Source of the DNA: a virus
Taxonomy: Duplodnaviria; Caudoviricetes
Direction: 5' to 3' (one strand)
Virus record (IMG/VR): IMGVR_UViG_3300048024_000800
Span: 10,952 to 74,951 of that record
DNA length: 64,000 bases
The notes beneath the pieces are model-generated. The model saw only the letters and a program-made list of their open reading frames with translations, was not told the origin of the DNA and ran no database searches. Of this stretch, positions 42,895 through 51,270 are shown in pieces. Position 1 is the first letter of the stretch, and every line of letters starts with the position of its first letter. Made by a program: the position numbers and the translations under genes.

Positions 42895-43591
42895 GATTGT
42901 TTATAGATTGCTCTTTCCAGTTTTTATCTAAGTATACGTAGTCTTCTGTTTTAGGGAAAAGTTCTATGTGCTCTTTAGTTTTTCCGACAGGTATGTAACC
43001 AGGATGAGGCTCTGAGTGTATTAGAATTTTTTTAGTGTATTTAAGCATTTTGGGTACGAAGTAGTTAGTTAAGAAGAACTCGTCTGCCCCGTATATAGTT
43101 TTATCATCTTTATATTCGTTTATTAAATTAAGTGTTGAGAATGGGGTTTTCTTTGAGGATATACAGCCAGCCATGTAATACCTAGGTTCTTTTTTCTTAT
43201 ACAGGGCTAACCTGTCATGGGCGAACCATATGAATTCTAGCATATGATCTTTTTTTAGCCAATCATTGATGCAAAAAATGTCGTTCTCTTGTATTGGAAA
43301 ATCTAAATCCCTGCAGACTGTTATATCTGCGTTATCAAAAGCCAAAAAGCGCCAAAAGCAACCTTCTCTACCTTTAGACCTTGGCATTTTTATAAGTTCA
43401 GTGTTTTTAATTGAATTTAATCTACTAATAATGCCTTCGGGAACCGTGTCATCGTGGTATACTCTAAATTTCCAATCGGGCATAAAGTCTCTAACAAATT
43501 TAGCATTCCTTATTGATCCTATGGAGTATTTATTAAAAGATGTAAATCTATTAAAAAAAAGAGATGTCGATATAATCTTCTTTATTGTCAT
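42860..43591 (-). CDS. Putative GT-A glycosyltransferase
   Basis: IISTSL, G..RNA......PDW.FRVY.D, FWRFLA, CRDLD, YG.DE.FL. Confidence 0.55.
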   Translation of the reverse strand: MTIKKIISTSLFFNRFTSFNKYSIGSIRNAKFVRDFMPDWKFRVYHDDTVPEGIISRLNSIKNTELIKMPRSKGREGCFWRFLAFDNADITVCRDLDFPIQENDIFCINDWLKKDHMLEFIWFAHDRLALYKKKEPRYYMAGCISSKKTPFSTLNLINEYKDDKTIYGADEFFLTNYFVPKMLKYTKKILIHSEPHPGYIPVGKTKEHIELFPKTEDYVYLDKNWKEQSINNHEMHNTYINHG

Positions 43592-43625
43592 AAAGGCTTA
43601 AGGTTAAATTTAAAATATTTTTATA

Positions 43626-44231
43626 TTAATCTATTGTTTTTTCTGTGCAAATTATTAATTGAGTACTCTGGGATCTATTTGTTATTTTGTGATCTATCAC
43701 TTTTAGGTGGCTTGAAATATATTGGTTAAATTCAGAAGAGTTCCACTCTCTAATATGAGTTTTATTTCCTGGAGGGCCATTATACCCGGGGTTATTGGGG
43801 TGATAGTGCAAGTCTCTATCTGGGGTAGATATGAATGCAAATTTAAATTTAAAAGTTTTTATATATTCCATTAGCATGTCTGGATTTATTAAGTGCTCTA
43901 TTACATCCGCACAGATTACTATATCTGTTTTAAGGTTTGGGGGGTTGTTGAAATCTGATTTAAGCCATTGATGGGAGGGATATTTTGAATTTAAGAAATC
44001 AAGGTTACATTCAACTTCTAGTCCTGTGGTGTTATATTCCTGGAAGTATTTAACAAGTTTATATCCGGAGCCACACCCAATATCAATTACATTATTAAGG
44101 TCATGTTTTTGCATGAAGCCCCTAGCTTCAAGATAGACTTCTTTTTGCCAACCATCAGTATTTTTGGTATCATCATAATGTAGGAAATTTTTCCTAGAGG
44201 TATAATTGTTTTTTATAAAGAAATTTTTCAT
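43626..44231 (-). CDS. Class I SAM-dependent methyltransferase
   Basis: IDIGCGSG, DIVICADVIEHL.NPD, ISTP, HIREW. Confidence 0.88.
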   Translation of the reverse strand: MKNFFIKNNYTSRKNFLHYDDTKNTDGWQKEVYLEARGFMQKHDLNNVIDIGCGSGYKLVKYFQEYNTTGLEVECNLDFLNSKYPSHQWLKSDFNNPPNLKTDIVICADVIEHLINPDMLMEYIKTFKFKFAFISTPDRDLHYHPNNPGYNGPPGNKTHIREWNSSEFNQYISSHLKVIDHKITNRSQSTQLIICTEKTID

Positions 44232-44236
44232 AAATA

Positions 44237-44911
44237 TTAAAGTTTTACTGATATTAATTTTATGTGTTTGTTTAATTTTTGAGAAGATATTATCTCATAA
44301 TTAATGTTATTTAAGCCACTTTTTTTAAAGTGAGATAGTTGAATTTCTTTATTTCCAGTATTAAATATAAGATCTTCTAGGTCTGATATCTTTTTCTTTT
44401 CGCCAGAATAGATTTCATTATTTGGTTTATGGGGTAAAATTTTTAACATATTGAATGTTGTTAGTTTAAGGTGGCCTGACATATTGTTTTTATTTATAAT
44501 ATATCTATGAAAAAGGGCTCTATCTTCTATTCCCCATCCCCATATATTATTAGGAAAGCCATTTGCTTCCTGGAAGCTGCAACTCGAGAGTTTGCATACG
44601 CCCCCCAAGGAATTTTCGTGGGCAGTGAAGATGCGTAATGCATCATATGAGTTGATAGTGTAAAATTCTTTAATTAATTTTTCTGAAGGAATAATATCTA
44701 CATCATGGGTGATAATAAAATCTTTATCGGAACTTTCCAGGAAACCTATATTTAATAGTTTTCCCCTATTGAATTTTTTATTGTCAGCTTGCTCTATTAT
44801 TAATATTTCGGGTTGATTGAAATATTTAACGAAAACTTCTAGGGTGTTTTTTATAAAAATATTAAGATGTTCGTGTCTGTCCCTGAATGGAATAATTATT
44901 GACGATTTCAT
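44237..44911 (-). CDS. GT7 (beta-1,4-galactosyltransferase-like) glycosyltransferase
   Basis: IIPFRDR..HL, IEQ...FNRGKLLNIG, HDVD, NGFPN..WGWG.ED. Confidence 0.9.
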   Translation of the reverse strand: MKSSIIIPFRDRHEHLNIFIKNTLEVFVKYFNQPEILIIEQADNKKFNRGKLLNIGFLESSDKDFIITHDVDIIPSEKLIKEFYTINSYDALRIFTAHENSLGGVCKLSSCSFQEANGFPNNIWGWGIEDRALFHRYIINKNNMSGHLKLTTFNMLKILPHKPNNEIYSGEKKKISDLEDLIFNTGNKEIQLSHFKKSGLNNINYEIISSQKLNKHIKLISVKL

Positions 44912-45810
44912 TTTAAATATTTGTTTTTCATGTGGGATTTGATTTCCTTAAATATGCCCTCGTTCCACATAAAGTTGTTTTGGAATTTTTTATAAACTTC
45001 TTGATTTAACCAACTGTCAAGTTTGAAGTTTTCAGGGTTGCTATGCTCTCCTATTTCTCCTATGTAGTTGAAGTTATTAGTGAACGTAGATACTTTAATG
45101 AAACCTCTGGCCGCAAAGGCTGCCGAGGTGCATGAGTCTTGACTTGAAACAATTTTTCTTGGATCAGCTCCAATGGAAGACATTAATTTTAAAATTTCTC
45201 CATGAGGTCTGAATCTATATTCTTGCGGCAATAACTTCCAGTACGACTCCAGTATGTCATATATTGATTCATAAGAAGATCTCCTTATTGCATAAGCCCA
45301 AAGATGATCCATTAAAATGAGTTTATCCTTATTGTCTTCTTGAATATTTATAGAAAGCCTGTCGTCTCTATCATGTGAATAATTTATATATGAATAACGG
45401 TGAGTTTTCTTTGATCGATGATGCTCTCCGAAGCAATTAATCATCGCTATTCTTTCGTCGTCTTTAAATTTATCAATAAGAAAATCTAACTGCTGTATGT
45501 AATGAGGTTGCAATACGGAATCGTCTTCAATGATTATAGCAAATTCATGGTCTTTAAGAGCCAACTCTCTTGCGTATTTCATTATCCTAGCAACACCTTG
45601 GTTTGATTTTGATATTACTGTTTCGCAGTGAGGAATGAATTGGTTGGCTAGTTTAAATGAATCTTCAATTAAGGGAATATCTTCCTTGAACCTAGGTCCA
45701 TCGACAACACAATAAACCTTCCTATCCCAACATTGCGGAGATAATGAATCTAAGACTCGCTTAAAGTAATCAGGTCTATTATAAGCTGTTAGTACTATTG
45801 GAGCTTTCAT
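44908..45810 (-). CDS. GT-A glycosyltransferase (GT2/GT13-like); probable start MKAPIV at 45810
   Basis: PIVLTAYNRPDY..RVL.SL, VDGP, IIIEDD, YIG..G.H. Confidence 0.75.
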   Translation of the reverse strand: MKAPIVLTAYNRPDYFKRVLDSLSPQCWDRKVYCVVDGPRFKEDIPLIEDSFKLANQFIPHCETVISKSNQGVARIMKYARELALKDHEFAIIIEDDSVLQPHYIQQLDFLIDKFKDDERIAMINCFGEHHRSKKTHRYSYINYSHDRDDRLSINIQEDNKDKLILMDHLWAYAIRRSSYESIYDILESYWKLLPQEYRFRPHGEILKLMSSIGADPRKIVSSQDSCTSAAFAARGFIKVSTFTNNFNYIGEIGEHSNPENFKLDSWLNQEVYKKFQNNFMWNEGIFKEIKSHMKNKYLK

Positions 45811-46597
45811 TGTAGATTGTAGAGTTGTGCCCTTGATTTCTCCATTTTTTTCCATCTTTGCATAATATAGTTTTTATATTTCCAAAAGAATTGGTGCCTG
45901 TTAATTGCTTGTACTTACAGTTTTGTAAATGAAGACACATAGTCATGACTGACTCGGGGACCTTAATCGTGTATTCTGGGTATCCATCTTCCCACATGAT
46001 TTTTATAGCTTGTCTTAAAAATGATAGGCAATTAAAATATTTATCCATTTGATCTGGGTGACCAATAGCAAATTGATCATTGATTTGATTTGGTAGAGAT
46101 TGTTTTTCGTAAACAAAACTAAAACTAAATTCTTTTTTTAATTCTTCTTCGTGATCGTAAATATTATCACTTTCAAATAAAGGTAATCTTATTAATTTAT
46201 TTTTTATGCAATCATTTTTTTCATGAATTTTGATTGGTTCGAGAACTTGTATATCTGGGCGTAATCTGACAACTAGATCGTACTCAGTTTTTTTGTAAGT
46301 AATATAATCCTGATACATTGTGTGGCAGGTCTTTAGTCCTGCTAGCATGGGTATTAATCCTGGGTTAGGTTCGAGTTTTAATTGATCTATTGATCCTACT
46401 ACTTTCATTACTTGATTGAAATTTAAGATGTGCTGCCTTGTGGGTCTGTAGTATTGGTAGAATTCTTGATAGGGTTGGTCATCCCAGGTACTGATAAAAA
46501 TATCTGGACTGAGAGGTTGTATTATGTTTTTCGTTATGGATTCTATACAGTTTTCCCAGTCTCCTAGTTTTCCGCTAAATAGTAGTGCTGTTTTCAT
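45779..46597 (-). CDS. Putative glycosyltransferase-like protein
   Basis: KTALLFSG, DIFISTW, YDLVVRLRPD, INDQFAIG, PE motifs common in glycan clusters. Confidence 0.55.
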   Translation of the reverse strand: MKTALLFSGKLGDWENCIESITKNIIQPLSPDIFISTWDDQPYQEFYQYYRPTRQHILNFNQVMKVVGSIDQLKLEPNPGLIPMLAGLKTCHTMYQDYITYKKTEYDLVVRLRPDIQVLEPIKIHEKNDCIKNKLIRLPLFESDNIYDHEEELKKEFSFSFVYEKQSLPNQINDQFAIGHPDQMDKYFNCLSFLRQAIKIMWEDGYPEYTIKVPESVMTMCLHLQNCKYKQLTGTNSFGNIKTILCKDGKKWRNQGHNSTIYNESSNSTNSL

Positions 46598-47544
46598 TCT
46601 GTGATATATTCCGTTATGTTTCTCTGGGCTACAAGCTTTTCGATATTATCCAATAGGAAAGGGTAAAGTCTGTACGCAGGATTTCTTAATGTGTTTTTGA
46701 TTATTTGTCCCGCGCTCTTAACGTCGTAGTGTAAGGGAAGCACGAACTTTTCATTAAAAAGCCATCTTATTAGATATGAATATTGAGTTACGCCGTAAGA
46801 CTCGCAGTACTTTGAGAACGTAAAAGTGGGCTTTCCATAGTGGTAGGGAATGAATCTTATTCCAGAATCAATTCCAAAAGCGGCGATGCACTTACTTGAT
46901 ATAAAGAAGATGTCTGTTAGCGAAGCTTCCACAAAGTGTAGTCGAGGGTTTTCGTCATTAATTATATCTTGATACTTGTGTTTGGAATCTTTATCCATAA
47001 GTACTACCACGTCAAACTCTAGAGCAATATTCTTTAAGAGTTTATCAATATACCAATCTTCCATATTCGAATCTGCCCCATCTCTAGCATATAGATGTGA
47101 CATTATGAATCTTTCTGGAAGATCTATTTTTGAGTTTATTTGGCATTCTGGTTTTGGGAAAAAATTAAATCTTTTAAACCAGTCAAAATTATAATTTAAC
47201 CATTCCAATGAATCGATATGTAGATCATAAAATTTATCATATTCTTTATTCATTTTATTGAATATGTTATCGGGTACATTCTTTATATTGCCGATGTGAT
47301 CTTCATCTGGGAAATTGGATGATTTTATTTTAAATGTTTTGTATTTTTTTTCTTTAATGATGAATGTTTCATTAAAATGAGAAGGCCACATTTCATTAAG
47401 TATTTTTGATTGACTCTCGCTTCCTTCTGTATCTGAGAATAAATCTATAGAGCAATCTGGATGAAGCTCCTTTATTGCCGGAACAAAACGGTTTGCCGCA
47501 AAATGGTCTCCTAGCCCTCCCTCCATTCTTACTGATACCTTCAC
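46594..47544 (-). CDS. Putative GT-B glycosyltransferase (GT9-like)
   Basis: EGGLGDH....F.PAIKE.HP; GIDSGI......GKPT. Confidence 0.6.
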   Translation of the reverse strand: MKVSVRMEGGLGDHFAANRFVPAIKELHPDCSIDLFSDTEGSESQSKILNEMWPSHFNETFIIKEKKYKTFKIKSSNFPDEDHIGNIKNVPDNIFNKMNKEYDKFYDLHIDSLEWLNYNFDWFKRFNFFPKPECQINSKIDLPERFIMSHLYARDGADSNMEDWYIDKLLKNIALEFDVVVLMDKDSKHKYQDIINDENPRLHFVEASLTDIFFISSKCIAAFGIDSGIRFIPYHYGKPTFTFSKYCESYGVTQYSYLIRWLFNEKFVLPLHYDVKSAGQIIKNTLRNPAYRLYPFLLDNIEKLVAQRNITEYITE

Positions 47545-47855
47545 TGTCTACTACCTCTGATTATCACGTTATCTCCGCCGAGTACTACAGTAGTTAACTG
47601 GGTTAATGTTTTATTGCAAGTTTTTTTTCTTTTGATATGTTTGGCCTTGGCTAACCTGTTGAGACTTCCTGATATTTTTCCGTATGACATTCCCCCAAGA
47701 TCCAACCCTATTCTTTCGTTGGAGAAAAAGATTGGCTTTCCGTGGGACGCCTTGGAAACGAGATAGTTATATACAACTAAATCATTGCCAATTAAGTTTC
47801 CATTGATAATATCTTCTTGTACAACGACTGGAATTTGTGTGAATTTTTTCATCAT
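47541..47855 (-). CDS. Winged helix-turn-helix DNA-binding protein (replication initiator N-terminal-like or regulator); probable start at 47855 or 47852
   Basis: F.QIP, DLVVY.YL......FFSNERIG.DLG.MS..KIS.SL.RL...HI.R; the called start at 47870 falls inside the promoter. Confidence 0.6.
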   Translation of the reverse strand: MMKKFTQIPVVVQEDIINGNLIGNDLVVYNYLVSKASHGKPIFFSNERIGLDLGGMSYGKISGSLNRLAKAKHIKRKKTCNKTLTQLTTVVLGGDNVIIRGSRQ

Positions 47856-47860
47856 GTTTG

Positions 47861-47889
47861 ATAATATCATGAAAGCTTACTTTTGTCAA
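47861..47889 (-). promoter_or_regulatory. Consensus sigma70 promoter, leftward
   Basis: Minus strand TTGACA-17 nt-TATTAT with TGn extension; ATG 5 or 8 nt downstream. Confidence 0.8.
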
Positions 47890-47992
47890 GCAACATTCAA
47901 AAAACTGTACATGCGACATACAATTAATTGTACAATGTTAATAATATAGATATACATTAATATATTTTTTTAATATTATATAAATATAAGAA

Positions 47993-48021
47993 TTGACAAA
48001 TTGTATAGATGGTGATATAGT
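47993..48021 (+). promoter_or_regulatory. Consensus sigma70 promoter, rightward
   Basis: TTGACA-17 nt-TATAGT with TGn extension; ATG 6 nt downstream at 48028. Confidence 0.85.
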
Positions 48022-48027
48022 AGTTGA

Positions 48028-48324
48028 ATGAAGTTTTTAGATTTAAGTGATGGAAGGTTCTTTTTAGTAAAATGCTCAGACTGGTCGGTAATCACCGAAG
48101 CCTCGAGCGAAACAGAGGCGTGTACCGCTGCATTAACTGAAATGTTGGACAAGTCGGGCAAAGACTTAAAATTATCTTCAGTTATGGTAACACAAGAATT
48201 AATACCAGATGTAATGGACGAAAGGTATGATGATCCGGTATCCTACCATTCAGTTTCCAGGATGCTGGCCAATGCGGGAATGCATGACTTATCCTCAAGT
48301 ATGAAGCATATATTCGGAGCGTAA
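48028..48324 (+). CDS. Hypothetical protein
   Basis: First ORF after a consensus promoter; 2 nt from the next gene. Confidence 0.6.
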   Translation: MKFLDLSDGRFFLVKCSDWSVITEASSETEACTAALTEMLDKSGKDLKLSSVMVTQELIPDVMDERYDDPVSYHSVSRMLANAGMHDLSSSMKHIFGA

Positions 48325-48326
48325 AT

Positions 48327-48875
48327 ATGAAGCTTATAGGTATATGCGGTTTAGCTAGGTGCGGGAAGGACACTTTTTTTGAAATATCAAAAAGTATATT
48401 AAGAGAGAAAGGCTCAGAGGCTAAGAAGTTTGCTTTCGCTGATTCCCTAAAGTTGGAATGCGACGAGCTACTAGGGAAATATACTAATATATCATCCTTT
48501 ACTGAGAAGGACGAGGAAAAGAAGATGATTAGACCGCTTCTTGTGGCTTATGGCACAAACATAAGAAGAAAGCTTAACGAGAACTGCTGGATAGAAAAAA
48601 TAGAAGAAGAGGTTCTTAAAAATTTGAACCTAGGCAAAGTCGTATTTATTACGGATGTAAGGTTTGAAAATGAAATAGACTGGATACATAGAATGGGAGG
48701 AAAAACGGTACACATAACCAGAGAGGGTACCGCGCCCCCTAATTTAGACGAAGAAATTAACAATCCCATACTCAAGCGTAAATCTAATATACGCATAACT
48801 TGCAATAATTTCCCTGACAAATATATAGATAAACTTAGAAATACAGTAGAGTTAGCTTTACAATCAATTTTATGA
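48327..48875 (+). CDS. Deoxynucleoside monophosphate kinase-like P-loop kinase
   Basis: IGICGLARCGKDT, FAD.LK, RPLL..YGT..RR, ITDVRFENE. Confidence 0.85.
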   Translation: MKLIGICGLARCGKDTFFEISKSILREKGSEAKKFAFADSLKLECDELLGKYTNISSFTEKDEEKKMIRPLLVAYGTNIRRKLNENCWIEKIEEEVLKNLNLGKVVFITDVRFENEIDWIHRMGGKTVHITREGTAPPNLDEEINNPILKRKSNIRITCNNFPDKYIDKLRNTVELALQSIL

Positions 48876-49468
48876 ACGAAGAAACTACAGACTTAACTCT
48901 GATCGAGAACATACAGAATAATAAAAAACAAGAAGACAGCTTAAACGCCTTAGTGGAAAGGCATAGTGGAATTTACTTAGAAATGGTAAATTCTTATGCT
49001 AGTCCAAACAGCCCGTTTATTGATTACAATGATCTGGTTAACGATAAAGAATATAAAATTTACAGCGCCGCAATAAAATTTGACAAGACTAAAGGGGCAA
49101 AGTTTAGTACTTACCTAGGAAACGAAACAAAATGGATGTGCTTAAATATATACAATAAGAACAAAAGAAGACCAACATGGCACTCAGACTACTTAGAAAA
49201 TATACCTGAATCTCCAGACTTCCAATGCGACCCAATGTCCGCGAACGTCAAAAAAGATTTATTAAATAAAGTATTAAATGTAATAGACGAACATCCTGAC
49301 AAAAGAGTAAAAAGAATTTTCAATATGAGATATATAATAGGACACAAAAATAAAGTGATGTCTTGGAAAAAAATAGGAACAGTAATGAAATTAAGTATAC
49401 AAGGTTGCATAAACATACATAACTCTGCAATTAATAGCTTCAAGGAACAACTAAAGGAGGAAGTATGA
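48872..49468 (+). CDS. Phage-encoded sigma-70 family sigma factor
   Basis: Region 2 (L.ERH..I....V..Y, A..KFDKTKGAKFSTY) and region 4 HTH (IF.MRY...MSWKKIG..MKLS.QG..NIH..AI). Confidence 0.85.
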   Translation: MNEETTDLTLIENIQNNKKQEDSLNALVERHSGIYLEMVNSYASPNSPFIDYNDLVNDKEYKIYSAAIKFDKTKGAKFSTYLGNETKWMCLNIYNKNKRRPTWHSDYLENIPESPDFQCDPMSANVKKDLLNKVLNVIDEHPDKRVKRIFNMRYIIGHKNKVMSWKKIGTVMKLSIQGCINIHNSAINSFKEQLKEEV

Positions 49469-49848
49469 ATAAATTCATAGGACTCGGCAACCTAACTAGG
49501 GAGCCTGAGATTAAAAAAACAAAAAATGGAAACACTGTTTGTGACTTTAGTGTCGCTATAAACAACAAGGCTAGCAACTCAGTATTCTACATTGACGTAG
49601 AAGCATGGGGAAATGTGGCTGAAAACTGCAACAGATTCCTATCGAAAGGCAGAAAAGTTTTACTCGAAGGGAAACTATTGTCAAGTAGCTGGGTTTCTAA
49701 ATCTGGAGAAAACAGAAGTAAGACTTATTGTAGGGCTGATTTTGTAAACTTTCTTGATAAGCCTTCAGAGGAGAACCAAAAAGAAAACGTTGATAGGAAA
49801 GCTGAGCGAATAATAGAAGAGGACGACTTCGCAGACATCCCGTTTTAA
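49465..49848 (+). CDS. ssb: Single-stranded DNA-binding protein
   Basis: GNLTREPE, FSVAIN, IDVEAWG..AE....LSKGRKVL.EG.L, acidic tip DDFADIPF. Confidence 0.95.
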   Translation: MNKFIGLGNLTREPEIKKTKNGNTVCDFSVAINNKASNSVFYIDVEAWGNVAENCNRFLSKGRKVLLEGKLLSSSWVSKSGENRSKTYCRADFVNFLDKPSEENQKENVDRKAERIIEEDDFADIPF

Positions 49849-49849
49849 C

Positions 49850-50902
49850 ATGAATTCAATAATATATAAAGGCCCACTAAACTCCTTATCATTTGGGAAC
49901 GTGTCCGTAAACCTACTAAAGGCAATGTTCGAAAAGGGAATGAACGTAGCTATATTCCCGAATGGCAATATAGATGTTAGCGCCTTCGAAATAGATCAAG
50001 ATTTTAAAACATGGATAGAATCTGGGATTAATGATAGGTTTCAAATATTCAAGAAATCTGACACAACGTTGCAAATGTGGCACTTAAATGGTTCGGAAAA
50101 CAGAATATCCCCCAAGCAGATACTGTATACTTTTTACGAGTTAGATAAGCCAACTAGCACGGAAATTTCCCTAGCAAACTTTCAAGATAAGACTGTATTT
50201 AGCTCATCTCAAGCTCAATCTCTCTTTCCAGATTCATCGTTTTCCCCTTTGGGGTTTGATAGCTTTTTTCATAAAACTGAAAAAAAATACCTTGAGGGAA
50301 AAACCCACTTTGGGTTAATGGGTAAATTTGAAAAAAGAAAGCATACCGAAAAAATAATAAAATGCTGGATCCGTAAGTACGGAGGTAACCACAACTACCA
50401 ATTGACATGCTGCATAACAAACCCATTTCTAAAGAAAGAACAAATGGAGGCCGTAATATCACGAATTCTCGGAGGAGAAAGATGTGAGAACATTAATTTC
50501 TTACCCTTCCTTCCTAAAAATTCTCAAGTAAACGACTACTTAAACTCAATAGATATTGACCTAGGAGGAATGAGTGGCGCAGAAGGTTGGAACCTCCCCT
50601 CTTTTAATGCAACCTGCCTAGGAAAATGGAGCATAGTACTAAATAGTAGCTCTCATAAAGATTGGGCTTCTAAAGATAACTGCGTACTAGTAAACCCAAG
50701 CGGCAAAGAGCCTGCTTATGATAATATGTTTTTTAAAGAAGGAGAAGAGTTTAATCAGGGCAACATATATACTTTTGATCAAGATGAATTCATCGATGCA
50801 ATGGAAAAAGCTGAAGAAAGATGTACCATAACAAATACAGAAGGTGAAAAATTAAAGCATAAGTTCACCTATGAAAACACACTAAATAAGATTTTAGAAT
50901 AA
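49850..50902 (+). CDS. GT4-like GT-B glycosyltransferase
   Basis: SFGNVS, PLGFD, GKFEKRK, S.AEGWNLP.F.A..LGK. Confidence 0.75.
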   Translation: MNSIIYKGPLNSLSFGNVSVNLLKAMFEKGMNVAIFPNGNIDVSAFEIDQDFKTWIESGINDRFQIFKKSDTTLQMWHLNGSENRISPKQILYTFYELDKPTSTEISLANFQDKTVFSSSQAQSLFPDSSFSPLGFDSFFHKTEKKYLEGKTHFGLMGKFEKRKHTEKIIKCWIRKYGGNHNYQLTCCITNPFLKKEQMEAVISRILGGERCENINFLPFLPKNSQVNDYLNSIDIDLGGMSGAEGWNLPSFNATCLGKWSIVLNSSSHKDWASKDNCVLVNPSGKEPAYDNMFFKEGEEFNQGNIYTFDQDEFIDAMEKAEERCTITNTEGEKLKHKFTYENTLNKILE

Positions 50903-51246
50903 TGCCTCTATATACATATGAGCACCCCGAAACAGAAGAGTTGATTGACATAGTTCAATCAATGAAAGAGGATCATATATATATTGACAATGAAGGAGTA
51001 AAGTGGAATAGAGTATTTTACGCGCCTGAAGCTTCAACAGACTCAAGTATTGACCCGTTCGACAAAGAAGCATTCAAGTCTAAAACCTTTAATAAAAAAG
51101 GTTCTTATAACGATGTGCTAGAAAAAAGTAAAGAGTTGGGGCAAATGAGAAAAGATAAACTAGGGTACGACCCTGTTCAAAAAAAATACTTCAAGGATTA
51201 TAGTAGCAAGAGAAGGGGCATAAAGCACCCTCTTGACAACACCTAA
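50902..51246 (+). CDS. FmdB-like small protein (degenerate zinc ribbon)
   Basis: MPLYTYE.P......IVQSM.E.H......W.RVF..P pattern. Confidence 0.5.
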   Translation: MPLYTYEHPETEELIDIVQSMKEDHIYIDNEGVKWNRVFYAPEASTDSSIDPFDKEAFKSKTFNKKGSYNDVLEKSKELGQMRKDKLGYDPVQKKYFKDYSSKRRGIKHPLDNT

Positions 51247-51253
51247 ATTTTAG

Positions 51254-51270
51254 GTGTAATATACTCCTGT
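51254..51270 (+). promoter_or_regulatory. Putative late promoter motif GTGTAATA
   Basis: GTGTAATATACTCCTGT-ATG. Confidence 0.55.
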
